Shown: in pieces, positions 46,399-57,067 of the stretch
Layout of the letters: each line of letters begins with the position of its first letter
Numbering within the stretch: position 1 is the stretch's first letter
DNA from: Vitrella brassicaformis CCMP3155
Taxonomy: Eukaryota > Protista > Chromerida
Assembly (NCBI GenBank): GCA_001179505.1
Contig: CDMY01000530.1
Span: 1-57,067 of the forward strand
Direction: 5' to 3'
Length of the DNA: 57,067 nt
Position numbers and translations under genes: made by a program
The notes under the pieces: generated by a model
Databases searched by the model: none
What the model saw: the letters and a program-made list of their open reading frames with translations, nothing else
What the model was told of the DNA's origin: nothing

Positions 46399-47793
46399 AT
46401 GGAAGAAGAGGACGTCAAGATCTCGGTTGACGAGGTACACACACACATGCGTTATCGCACTCGGACACTCCACTCGAACGGCCACAGCCACAGATCTTCA
46501 AAGATCCATGTGTTCGCTCCTGCAGCTGGGCTCCCTCCTCTCCGCCCGACGGCCAATGCACGCAGATCCATCGCCCGATACCTCCCCTTCCACCCACCCG
46601 AAGCGGCCCAGATGCCTGCTAGCAGAAGAGGATGATAACGGTGCCGCAAACACAGAGAAAGACGGCGCTTCGCTGAGTGATCAGGAGAGTGGCGAGGTAG
46701 AGGCAGAGGGTGTGGTCCCTGGCCACCTGGCGGCAGTGAGGGAGCGCCTGAGGGAGATAGGGGACTCATGCAGCCAGGTAACTGATGGATGGATGGATGG
46801 CATTTATCCATAGATGTGCATTTGCATGTGTGTCTGTGTGTGCAGGACTTGCGGCGTCTTCAGACCTTGATGCAGAAGCGACCCGTCAGTAGTAGCAGCA
46901 GCTGCAGGGTCTGCAAACAGGCGGAAGGACAATCCATTGTCGCGTGCACAAACAGGTGCCTGTCCTTGTCTTTCACGCAGGAATCGCATATCGCGTACGT
47001 GGCTTCTTCCCAACAAGGGTGAGCAATACGAATATATGGCATTCACTCGGCACGTACACAACCATCTGCTGGTCCTCTTCACGTGTCAGCAGCATCGCTC
47101 TCGATGTGACTGCTGAGGATCGGACTTCACCGAAAGACCCAAGAGAAGACCACTCGTCGCTGCACGATCGGATGGGTGAGACCAACACCCCTCCCCCTCC
47201 CACACACACAATCCAAAACGAACACACCTAAGCTCATCTCAACATGTATCTTGGTCCATGCAGGCCGCATCGAGCAGTGCGCAGTGCGCGCCCTGCTGTC
47301 ATGTGACAACCCCAGTAGCAGCAGCATGGAGAGCAGCGACCCGATAGCCAATCGGAAGATCGTGGCGCTGCAGGCCGCCCTGGCCGAGCAGCGACGGCAG
47401 ATGGGCGAGGTCGTGGCCCAACACGACGCATGGAAGCATAGGTGTGGGGGGAGAGATGGTGGGAGAGAGAGGGAATGCACAAAGGCGATATGGTGGGTGG
47501 CTGTTGGATCGTGTTAGGTGTGCGGAGTTGAGGGAAGAGCTGGCAAGGGCGGAGAATGAGCTCATCCAGTGAGCTAGCTGACTATGGACACACACCATGT
47601 CTGCATATCGACGTGTGTGTGTATGTGTATTTGTGTGTATGTGTGTGTGCAGCGTTCGTTCCGTGTGCGCGTCTCAAGTGGGTCGGCTGGAGTACATGCT
47701 GGCGGCCGCCAACGCCAAGATCGAGGGCGGCCTCATGACGGCCGAAGACATACACACCAAAGCGTATGTGGCAACACAAACACACACACACAG

Positions 47794-47824
<31 letters not shown>

Positions 47825-49539
47825 TCCGCACCTTCCTCCATTTGTATGTCTGTCTTTGTGCATCTGTGCAGGGCGGAGGCCATCACGCATTTCCAATCGC
47901 AGGTGGACAGATACCACCCACCCAGCCGACACACACACACTCACCACTGCGCTGTCACTGCTGTCTCGTCAGTTGCTGTATTGGCAGGAGCGTTACGGCA
48001 CTGCTGTCAATGCCTCCCCGCCCCTCTCCGTCGTCGCACTCGACCGGCAAATGGCCAAAATGGAGGAGAGAATCCGACACCAACAACACGCCATCAACCA
48101 CCTGCACGTGAGCAGGAGACACACTCGTCTGTGTGTGTGGATGGATGGATGGATGCAGAGGGACTCGGCGCTTTGTGCGGAGGCGGTTGCCCGTTTCTGC
48201 AGCAGCGACGTCGAGCCCCAGCAGCAGCAACCCTCATCCGACGGCAACGCACCACCGCCTGGCAGATGGGTCCACTCTCTCTACGCCGAGGTAAGCCGAC
48301 ACATATCTCCCGATCGTATCATTTTTCCGGTGTCTGTATGTCAGCTGAGCCCTCACGGCCGGCAGCTTCTCCGCACGGCCCTGCAGCCCCCCCAACAACA
48401 GCAACAGCACCAAAAGAAACAACCTATCGACTCGACAGCCAAGTCCCGCTACTTCCCCCCCTGGGCCCTTCTCTTCGGCACGCCCGAGGCCACACAGCAG
48501 CAGCAGCAGCAGCAGCAGCAACAAGGCAACAGCACATCAGACGAGGAATGGCCCCCTCTGCGGACCAGCGGTCGTCTGCGGCCGTTCCGTGTCAAGAGGA
48601 GGAAAGACAAGGGAAGGGCCGCTCGGCTGGCGGCGACGCGCAGAAGGGCCAGGAGGGGAGGGCGCGGGGGAGGGGGAGCCGGCAAACCATCAGCACCACG
48701 ACCACCAGCAGCAGCAGGTGCTGTCCCACACTCCACGGCACTCCATGCCATCCCTGACCCTTTTCGCGTCACGTGGCCGGACGGTGCGCAGAGACACGAA
48801 GGTGCCGACACCAGCGGTAGCAGACGAGAAGACGGCGGGGCGAGCAGTGAGGCCAGGGATGGTGTGCAGAGAGGGTCGTCGGAGAAGGGCAGCCTAGCGG
48901 AGTGCGTGACGACCCTGTCGATAGAGGAGGCAGCTGGCGATAGGGAGAGTTGGAGTGGGAGTCTGGCAATGGTGGGGGATGAGGGCATAGAGCGGGAGAG
49001 GACGGCAGTGACATCGCTTGTCAAGGTGGTGGCCAACACGACACACGCTGCGGCAGAGAGAGGGAGCGGATGGAAGGTTCTCTGCTCTCTGTCTGTGTGC
49101 GTTGTGTGCGTGTGTGTCAGAGTGAGGCGCGGCTCGTGGCCGAGTGGGTGATGGGCGACATTGGCGGCGACACGCACCCCAACCCTCCCCCTCATGCGAC
49201 CCTACTCAAAGAGATCTTCAAAGCCGCTGCAAATGGTACGCCCATACATCAGACATTCCACCACTCACCGAACACACTTTTTCTGTCCGTTAGCCGATTT
49301 GGCGTCGCTAGATGTGCTCCTGCGCGTGTGCCCCTCTCCCTCTGCCCTCCCCAACGCCCCATGCCAGTGGTGCCCCCTGCACGCAGCGGCCTTCTTCTCC
49401 CCAACAGCAGCAGCAGCAGCAGCAGGTGGTGGTGATCGTCTGGGTGTGGTGGAGCGGCTGCTGGCCAAGAGCTGGCCGGTCGACCACAGCTCGGCAGGGG
49501 GAATGACGGCACTGCACATGGCAGCACTCACTGGTGGGA

Positions 49540-49575
<36 letters not shown>

Positions 49576-52500
49576 TGCCCACCATGTGTTGGTTCGTGCG
49601 TCAGGGAGAGATGAGTGTGTGGGGTCCCTCATGGGCGCTGGGGCGGATGTGACGGCCGTCGACAGTCGGGGCAACACCGCTCTCCATCTCGCGTGCACAC
49701 AGGTGGGCATATGTCATCGGTGGGGAGAAGGTCCATTCCATCCATCCATCCGTCCGTCCGTCCATCTGTTTTCTCGTCTCAATTCGTTGTAGGGGTGCAT
49801 CCGGTCTCTGCTCGAGCATGGTGCGGCTGCCGACGCAGCCAACAACACCGGACACACGCCGTCCCTTGTAGCATTCTTCAGCCCCACAGCAGCAGCAGAG
49901 GCACACACACCGCCAAATTCTCGAGAGGCCGCGGCCGATGGCTCCTCGGTACGCATACACACACGCACACGCAGAAGGCTTGTGAGACTCTCTCTCTGTC
50001 TCTCTCTGTCTCTCTCTGTCTCGTGTGTGTGTGTGTGTGTGTGTGCAGACGGTGGAGGGTGTAGCGTACCGAGTTGTCGGCACGAGCCAATGGCAGACCT
50101 TCCACAGCACACAGCAGAAGGCGAGATAACCAGAAAGAGACAAAGAGAGAGAGGGAGAAAGAGAGAGGCACGAACACCCACCCGACTCAACCTCTCTGTA
50201 TCCATCAGGGCATATCTATAGCAACTGTGGTTCGCGAGAGCGTCATGCGCGTGATGGCCGACCTGGGCACTCACGCCGCCGACAGCAGCGACTACGCCCA
50301 CTTCGCACAGTGGCCAAAGGGCAGATACCTTCTCGAGCTCACCAAGCACGAGACACGATACGGTCAGCACATCACACCCACAAAAGTCTCTCCATCTGTG
50401 TGCGCATTGGGTGGTGTGTGTGGGTGTGTGGATGGATGTGTGTGTGTGTGTGTGCAGGGATATGGTCGGACTACGTGTGCAACTTCACGGCGTCGAGCCT
50501 GGCTGACGCCGTGTCGGTGGGGCTCATGTCGGCGCACATGCCGGGACACACCATAGAGGAGCTGCAGAAACAGGTGGGTGTATGCATACATACGCTCGCT
50601 CCCAGATGCACCTCTCTCTCGCTCTGTGTCTGTGTGTCAGGTGTTGGTCGTGACGTCGCATCGTATGGCGTTCATCCACGTGGGCACCGCCTCGCTCGCG
50701 CGGCTCGTGGCCATCCAAGACATACAGGCGCGCACACACCACGCCACACTTGCCGACATTGCTGCATTCCTGTCTGTATGTGTCTGTGTCCGTGCAGGCC
50801 CTAGTTGTGCCGTCGTGGTCGAGCGTGCTGCTGCTGATACGGCCGAAGAGCGGGCCAGACATCCTCATAGACACGCCAAAGCGGACACGTACGCATGTCT
50901 CTGTGTGTGTGTCGGCCTTTCATCTCGCCGTTGGTATATCAGAGTTGGTGTACCTTCTTCGCCAGAACGGCACCAATCTCACCCGCAGAGGCACTCCGTG
51001 CGATGCGGTCGAGGTGCCCCCCGCCCCCACCCCTCCCCCGCCCCCCTTCCCCACTGCACACCGCCCACACCCATGTCAGCAACAGGCAGCCGAGCCCACA
51101 CCCACACACACACCGGCCCTTGCTCCCACCAACACCGCCTTCGATCCCTCTGTGGCTACACCACTGCAGCAGGTGGGCTGGGAGGGTGGGTGAACAAATG
51201 GGTGGGTGGATGGATGGATGCCTGTCTGTCTGTGTGTGTCGAATGTGTGTAGCCACAGAGATCGGGTGATGATCTGGGCGAGCAAGAAGGCCATGAAGGG
51301 ACCATCGGCTCCCTCATCTTCGGGCCCATCCTCCGCGCAGCAGCATCAGCATCAGCAGCACCGCAGTACTCAGCCACACCCACAGCTACGAGGGAAGCGC
51401 AGCCGGGCACTCTGTCGTCTGTATCTTTCATGCGCGACATCAAGGGCATCGTGGCCAACGTCATGGGCGGCGTGAGGTGGGCGGCTGCTGCTGCTGCTGG
51501 TGAGCAGGGAGAGGAGGGCGACTGGCACGGTGACTGTGGTGACGAGTGCATCGACGAGGAGGAAGGAGGGCTCACGACAATCGTCCAGCAAGACGGTACG
51601 GTCGGCTGTGCACCAGCCAAGAGAGAACAAAACACGGAAGGAGACCAAAGGCCTCTCTGTGGGTTTGCCTTGTGCAGGTTTCTCTCATCCGGCATTGTTT
51701 CTCACGTCGGAGGCCATCCTGCCGTTGCGTGACGGCCCCACAACAGCCACACAGCAGCGGGCCGTGGATGTGGTGTGTGTGCGGCCTGAGGTCTTCCTGC
51801 TGGTCGCGGCGTCGCCCATGTCCATCATCCACCGAGGGCCGTCGTCATCCACACCGCCGCCGCTCTACTTCTCCTTTCTGGCCTTCTGGACGGCCCCGCT
51901 GGTCAGCCGACAGTCAGCTCCAGAAGAGGTTCCGCGCACACGAGCTGTGTGTTTCGTGTGTGTGTGTGTGTCTGTCGATCGGTCCTGCAGGGCGAGGGCC
52001 TTTCTCCCTGGTGTGATGGCTACGAGGACGGCTTGGCGGTCGCGGGCAGCGATCCTTATCGGCCGCTGTGGGAGCTCAACTTCGCCGTGCTCAAGAAGCA
52101 CATGGAAGGTGCAGACAGACAGACAGACAGAGGCACATGATGATAGGGAGAGGGGGTGTGTATGTCTCTGCGTGTGTTGCGATTTTGTAGGTAGCGGCGT
52201 GTTGGAGTGGTCGCGGCGTCCCGGCGAGACGGCCGACAAGATGATAGGGCGGCTCAGCTGCCGCCACATACGGGAGGTAGGCAGGCACACAATCAGACAG
52301 CTGTATTGATTGCCTGCGTGTGTGTGTGTGTGTGTGACAGTTGACGGTGCTGGACAGCCCCGATGGCCATCCGTGCCTCCTCATCGACCTCGTCACCGAC
52401 ACACCTGGTCAGTGAGTGAGCTCTCTCTTCATCTCCACGTGTGGATCCATCAATGCCATTCACTAATGGCAGATGGGCCTTTGGCGCGTGTGCGCTATCT

Positions 52501-52642
52501 GGTGCGCGCCGAGACCGACGCCAACCGCAGACAGTGGGTGTCAGCCCTGCAGGCCGTGTGCTGCTCGATGGCCAGCAGCCGGCCAGTGGTAGTGCGAAAT
52601 GCGGTTGGTGTGACTGACAGCAGGTCTCTTCTCGTGCAGTAG
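46399..52642 (+). CDS. Large multi-exon protein: coiled coil, ankyrin repeats, myosin-I TH1-like domain, C-terminal PH domain (could be two genes)
   Basis: Coiled coil IVALQAALAEQRRQM..AELREELARAENEL; ankyrin GMTALHMAALTG, GADVTAVDSRGNTALHLAC; TH1-like VLVVTSHRMAFIHVG..LARLVAIQDIQ|ALVVPSWSSVLLLIRPKSGPDILID..ELVYLL; PH-like GVLEWSRR..KMIGRLS..YLVRAETDANRRQWVSALQ then TAG. Confidence 0.65.
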
Positions 52643-52865
52643 AGGGAGGGCAGAGAGGAGACTGGCGTGGATGGATGGATGGACATGTATGTGGACGGGC
52701 TTGTGTGTGTGTGTGGTCAATATCTCCGTCGACTCACGCAGTCACGAGCATTGGATATCAGTCGATGAGGTCTTACGTCTACACACACCACACACGACAC
52801 ACACTACACACACCACACGCACTACCGCCGACAGACGAATCCGCCAATGAGTTGGGGCTGTCTGT

Positions 52866-55593
52866 CTACGAGGGCCATATGATGACCACAATATCCTCAC
52901 TGTGTTGGCCGTCGCCTCCCGCGGCCTCCATGACCCTGCTGCCGGTCACACGCTTGAGCCTGAAGCCCTTGACGCCGAGGGCCTTGGCTATCAAATGGAA
53001 ATTCAACGCCGCCTGACAGACACAGCGGCATGAGCCAGCCTGCATGTCTGCGTGTCTGTGAGACTCACTGTGGCGTATTTGTGTTTCTTGTCTTCGTTGT
53101 CCGTGAGGTAGTTCTCGTCCTTCTTGATTCGCTTCTCGGTCGTGGCCAGTTGGGCATCGAGCTGCTGCGCCTGCTCGGCCAGGCTGGCCTTCTCGGACTG
53201 AGAGAGCGCACCCTGACGGACACACACAGGCACACACAAAGGGCCGGGAAGTGCACCCAGACAGAGACACACACGCTCACGCACGCACCTGTCGGTAGAT
53301 GGCTACTGATCTCATGTTGTCCATATCCTTGTCTGTCATGAATATGCGGTGCGTCGTGTGGGTGACGTCAGACACATACGCGAGCTCATACACCTGGCCG
53401 GCTCGGGCGGCTCCGACCAGACTACTGCAGCAACACACAAGCAGAGATGCCTTGTCTGTGTCTCCCTCTCTCTCATTCTCTCTCTGTGTCTCTCTGTGTG
53501 TGCCCACGTGCCTTAGCTTGACTGCATCCTGCGGCCACACCATCATCACAACGTCGCTGTGGCCCTGCTGGCTCGCGTTGATAAGGCCGACTCGTCGACA
53601 CCCCTCTTTTTGAAGCCGCTGCTGCTGAGGGCCTTGGCGATCGCATGGAAGCTCAACACAGCCTGCCCACACACACACAGAAACCAAAACATACATAGGA
53701 GAGATGTGTGCAGACAGGAAATGTGAGACACGTGTTGGGTACCGAGGCGTATTTGCGTTTGTCAGTTTCGTTGTCATCGAGGTATCTTGGGTCCGCCTTG
53801 ATGCGCTTCTCGGTCTTGGCCAGCTTGGCATCGAGCCTCTGCGCCTGCTCGGCCAACACGGCCTTGTCCGACTGGGACAGCGGTCTACCCTGAGCGACAA
53901 ACACAAGGGACCGACATGTGCACACACACACACACACACACATCCACCCTTCGTTCTTCCTTGCTGTGCGCACGTGTATGTCGACAGCCACTGATGTGAG
54001 CTCTTTCATGTCCGTCGCGTCGATGAGTGTGCGGTGGGTCTTGTGTGTGATGTCAGACACATACGACACCTCATACACCTGGCCGGCAGCGGCAAGACGA
54101 CGCATCGCCTCCACACCCAGACTGAACACACCCACCCACACACAGCAACACAGCAGAGGACATGAGGTATCAAACGTCTTTGTGTGCGTTCCATCCATCC
54201 ATCCATCCATCTCGCCTGTATGCGATGTCCGCCCCATCCGAGAAAGCGCTCTGCCGCTCTGGTTCTGGCTCTGGCTCTTGGTCGGGCTCCTCCTGCACAC
54301 TTGAAGAGGGGCTGGCCTTTTGGGGCTTGGCCGCGGGGTGAGGCTGCCCCCCTGTCGCTTGCTTTGGTTGTGTCTTCTCGTTCTTCTTGCCACTGGTCTG
54401 CGTGGTCTGTGTGTGCTGTGGTGCTCTGGGCGGCTGCTTGGGAGGGGCAGGGGGAGGGGGCATCTGTGGCATCTGTGGCATCTGTGGCATGGGTGGCACC
54501 GGTGCGATTTGCTGCTGCATCCATGTCTTCTGCTGCTGGCTTCTGTGGCTGCTCGGCTGGTACACGGGTGGAGCAGGGTGGGGGTGATGGTGATGCACTG
54601 GGGCAGAGGGAGCCGAATGGTGAACCCTGCACACACCACCACACACAGCAGGCAGAGACAAATGAATCGATACACTGCAATGCATCCTGTGCATTTCTCT
54701 TCTCCCTACACAACAGTCACACGCGACAGCTCATCGAGCGCAGTCCCCACAGTCGCGACGAGCACCGTAGCCATGCCGCAGCAAACGAAGAACACAGCCG
54801 CCAGGGCGGCCAAAAACACTGCACACCACACGCCACAGACAACACGCAAAGACGAACAGTCGCCACGGATTCTGATTTCTGTCCGGTGCTTTCCGTCCGT
54901 ACCATAAAAGCCGTCAGATTCGTCAACCTGTTTGTTGCTCTTGCGGCTGCGTCGAGGACTGGTCTCTCCTCTCGCATCCGTGCACACAGGGGCGGAGGGA
55001 GGGAGGTCCTCGCGGGGCGGCAGGGGGACCGGCCGCTCCATCCGATACGGTGCAAAGGGTGGGATGGGAGGAATGGGGGGAATTGGTGGGAGGGGTGGGG
55101 TCGGCTGCATCGGTGGTGTCATCGGTGGCGTCATCGGGGGCGTCATGTTCTTGCGTCGGCGGCTGCTCTGCCGGCGCACACAGACGGGAGTGATGGTGGT
55201 AGATCTCTTCGTTGACCGCCCGCCACAGCCCATCCCCTTCTGCCCCTCCCATGAGCCCTTCAGCACCGTCCCACGACTACCGGGCTGGATTTCGTTCATC
55301 ACACCCTGGATGTCCTTCATCACACCAATACTCCTGGGGGGAGCGGCACTGCGAGCATCATGATGCGATGCATCCTTCTCATGACGTCGCCCAGCGGCCA
55401 CACGAGAGATCTCCTTCATGGCGTCCGAACGGCTGGGCGGGCTGGGTGGATCATTGCGAGCGGCGCAGATGCTGCGCAGAACGGCGCCTCTGGTGGGTGC
55501 GGGAACGTCATCGTCATCGTCATCTTCGTCGATGTCGAAACGTGGGTAGGCGGTCTTGCCGCAGGGCGGGGAAGACTTCTCGTCATAGAACAT
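52866..55593 (-). CDS. Pro/Gln-rich protein with a tandemly duplicated ~150-aa three-exon domain of unknown function
   Basis: ATG 55593; TPPM and PPIP repeats; PQM repeats; then two copies of AGQVYE..YVSD.TH.THR | LSQS.KA.LAEQAQ.LDA.LA.TEKRIK.D..YL.DNE..K.KYA | A.L.FH.IAKAL...GF. There is an apparent frameshift near 53601-53611. Confidence 0.6.
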
Positions 55594-55798
55594 GGCGCCG
55601 CACTAGGTAAGACGCGGTTTCGACAAGAGGTAAACGGAACTCCCTGGCCGGGAGCGGCCAGGTGGCAGATACGGGAGTCAGAAAAGAGGGAAGACACGCC
55701 AGCAAATCACATGTACACATGGCATTCGTCCATTTTTGCAAACACGTGTATGCACACGCTGTGCACATGCTGCGAGCCCGCCAGTGGATGGCCGGCAC

Positions 55799-56946
55799 TC
55801 AGAATGGCTTCCTACAGAAGGCGCACTTCGGCCTCGGCTCCTCCTCGAATTCCTCATCTTCATCACCGCCATCATCTGCTCTCTCAGGCGGGCCCGACAG
55901 CACACGGCGGTAGCACTCCTCACAAAAACACACGCATCCTACCCCCACACAACCAGACACATTCAAACATTTCCACAGAGAGAAATGAATGTCAGCCCAT
56001 CCCCCGCCTCTCTCTCTTCCTCACTGACCGCAGGGGAGTGCGACGGTCCGTTCTCTCGTCTGGCAGGCCACACACATGCGGTCGCTCTCGTCCTCCTCCT
56101 TCTCCCTCTGGTCGTGCTGCGCCTCAGCGCGCCGCTTGAAGCCCGCCAGCCGCACCATCTCCTCTCCCGCCCGCGCCGCTATGCTTTTGATCTCAGCCGC
56201 AGACCCACACTGGTGGAGTCGGTCGTCGGTGAGGCGCTCCTTCTCGAGCGTGGCATTCTGCTGCTCGAGCCGGTCGATGCGCGTGTGGTGAGCGGCGATC
56301 TCTTGCTTGAGCTGTGTGATGCTGTCGTCCTTGACGGTAAGGAGGGCGCTGTGGCGCTGCAGTTGGCTGTCCTTCACCCTGCACATGCCGACAAGAGAAG
56401 CGATGAACGGATAAATGGAGTCGACCCCCTTTCTCACCGAATGGTTTGGTTGAGCTGGGCAACAGTGGAGTCGTGTGCCTGTTTGATCTCCTGTGCCTTC
56501 AGAAGTTCCTGATGGAAAGATGAATGCGCCACACGGCACAGCACACCACAGCAGGGCACGATGATGGAACTGATGCCATGGCCCATTTATATAACCACCA
56601 CCTGCCTGATTGAGTTGCTCTAATAGGTCGAACACAGCCCCCCTGCCTGTCCTGATGGCTGCCAACTGCCTCTGCGCCCGCCGCACCGATGAAACACTCC
56701 CAAAGTCATCTACTGAAGCTAGAATGGACGCTGCTTGGTCGGCCGCGGCGGGCGAGATGCGCGACAGCCGCTCGCGCACCTCCACCACGCCACGATAGAC
56801 GTCCACCTGCTGCACCTTGTTCTCTCGGCGGATGGCGAACAAGCCCAGGAGCGGCTGCTCGCTCACACCGCCCACCGATACGATCTGCAACACCTGTGTA
56901 AAGAAAGACACGCTGTGTGCGGTAGCACCATATAGGCGCATTCCAT
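55799..56946 (-). CDS. Coiled-coil RING-finger protein (putative E3 ligase)
   Basis: Coiled coil ITQLKQEIAAHHTRIDRLEQQNATLEKERL; spliced CVACQTRERTVALPCG|CVCFCEECYRRVL...PKCAFCRKPF*. The start is uncertain and may lie outside the window. Confidence 0.75.
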
Positions 56947-57067
56947 TTTGTGATTGCTTTCTCTCTCTCTCTCTGTGTGCATGGGGTTAACGAAAAGCGC
57001 ATCGGCACGAGGAGTCCATCAAGAATGCAAACTAAGAACTAGCTAGCTGTCCCTTCAATTCAATCAC

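Overview
Intron-rich, GC-rich eukaryotic nuclear DNA. The short introns packed with (CA)/(TG), (GACA), (GGAT) and (GA) microsatellites, plus TLDc-like and lineage-specific repeat-family genes, suggest a chromerid alveolate, probably Vitrella brassicaformis (inference, not a database result). No rRNA, tRNA or CRISPR is visible. Left to right: (1) a 16.5 kb plus-strand mosaic of shuffled and partly decayed nucleic-acid-binding modules: CENP-B-type HTH, TLDc-like domain, two RRMs, several CCCH fingers, a UPF1-type helicase lacking its CH domain, AIR-like zinc knuckles and eIF4E-binding-like motifs; (2) a 300-N gap; (3) mitochondrial GrpE, an NDC1-like membrane protein, a CCCH protein and an intron-containing divergent histone H2A; (4) three ~5 kb tandem units, each with a lineage-specific family gene and a decaying divergent membrane-protein pseudogene; (5) two paralogous secreted Cys-rich genes; (6) a coiled-coil/ankyrin/TH1-like/PH gene; (7) a Pro-rich gene with a duplicated 3-exon domain; (8) a RING-finger gene. 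Gene models were spliced by eye from GT(GC)-AG signals, so outer boundaries and exon joins, especially in 0.6-17 kb, are provisional.
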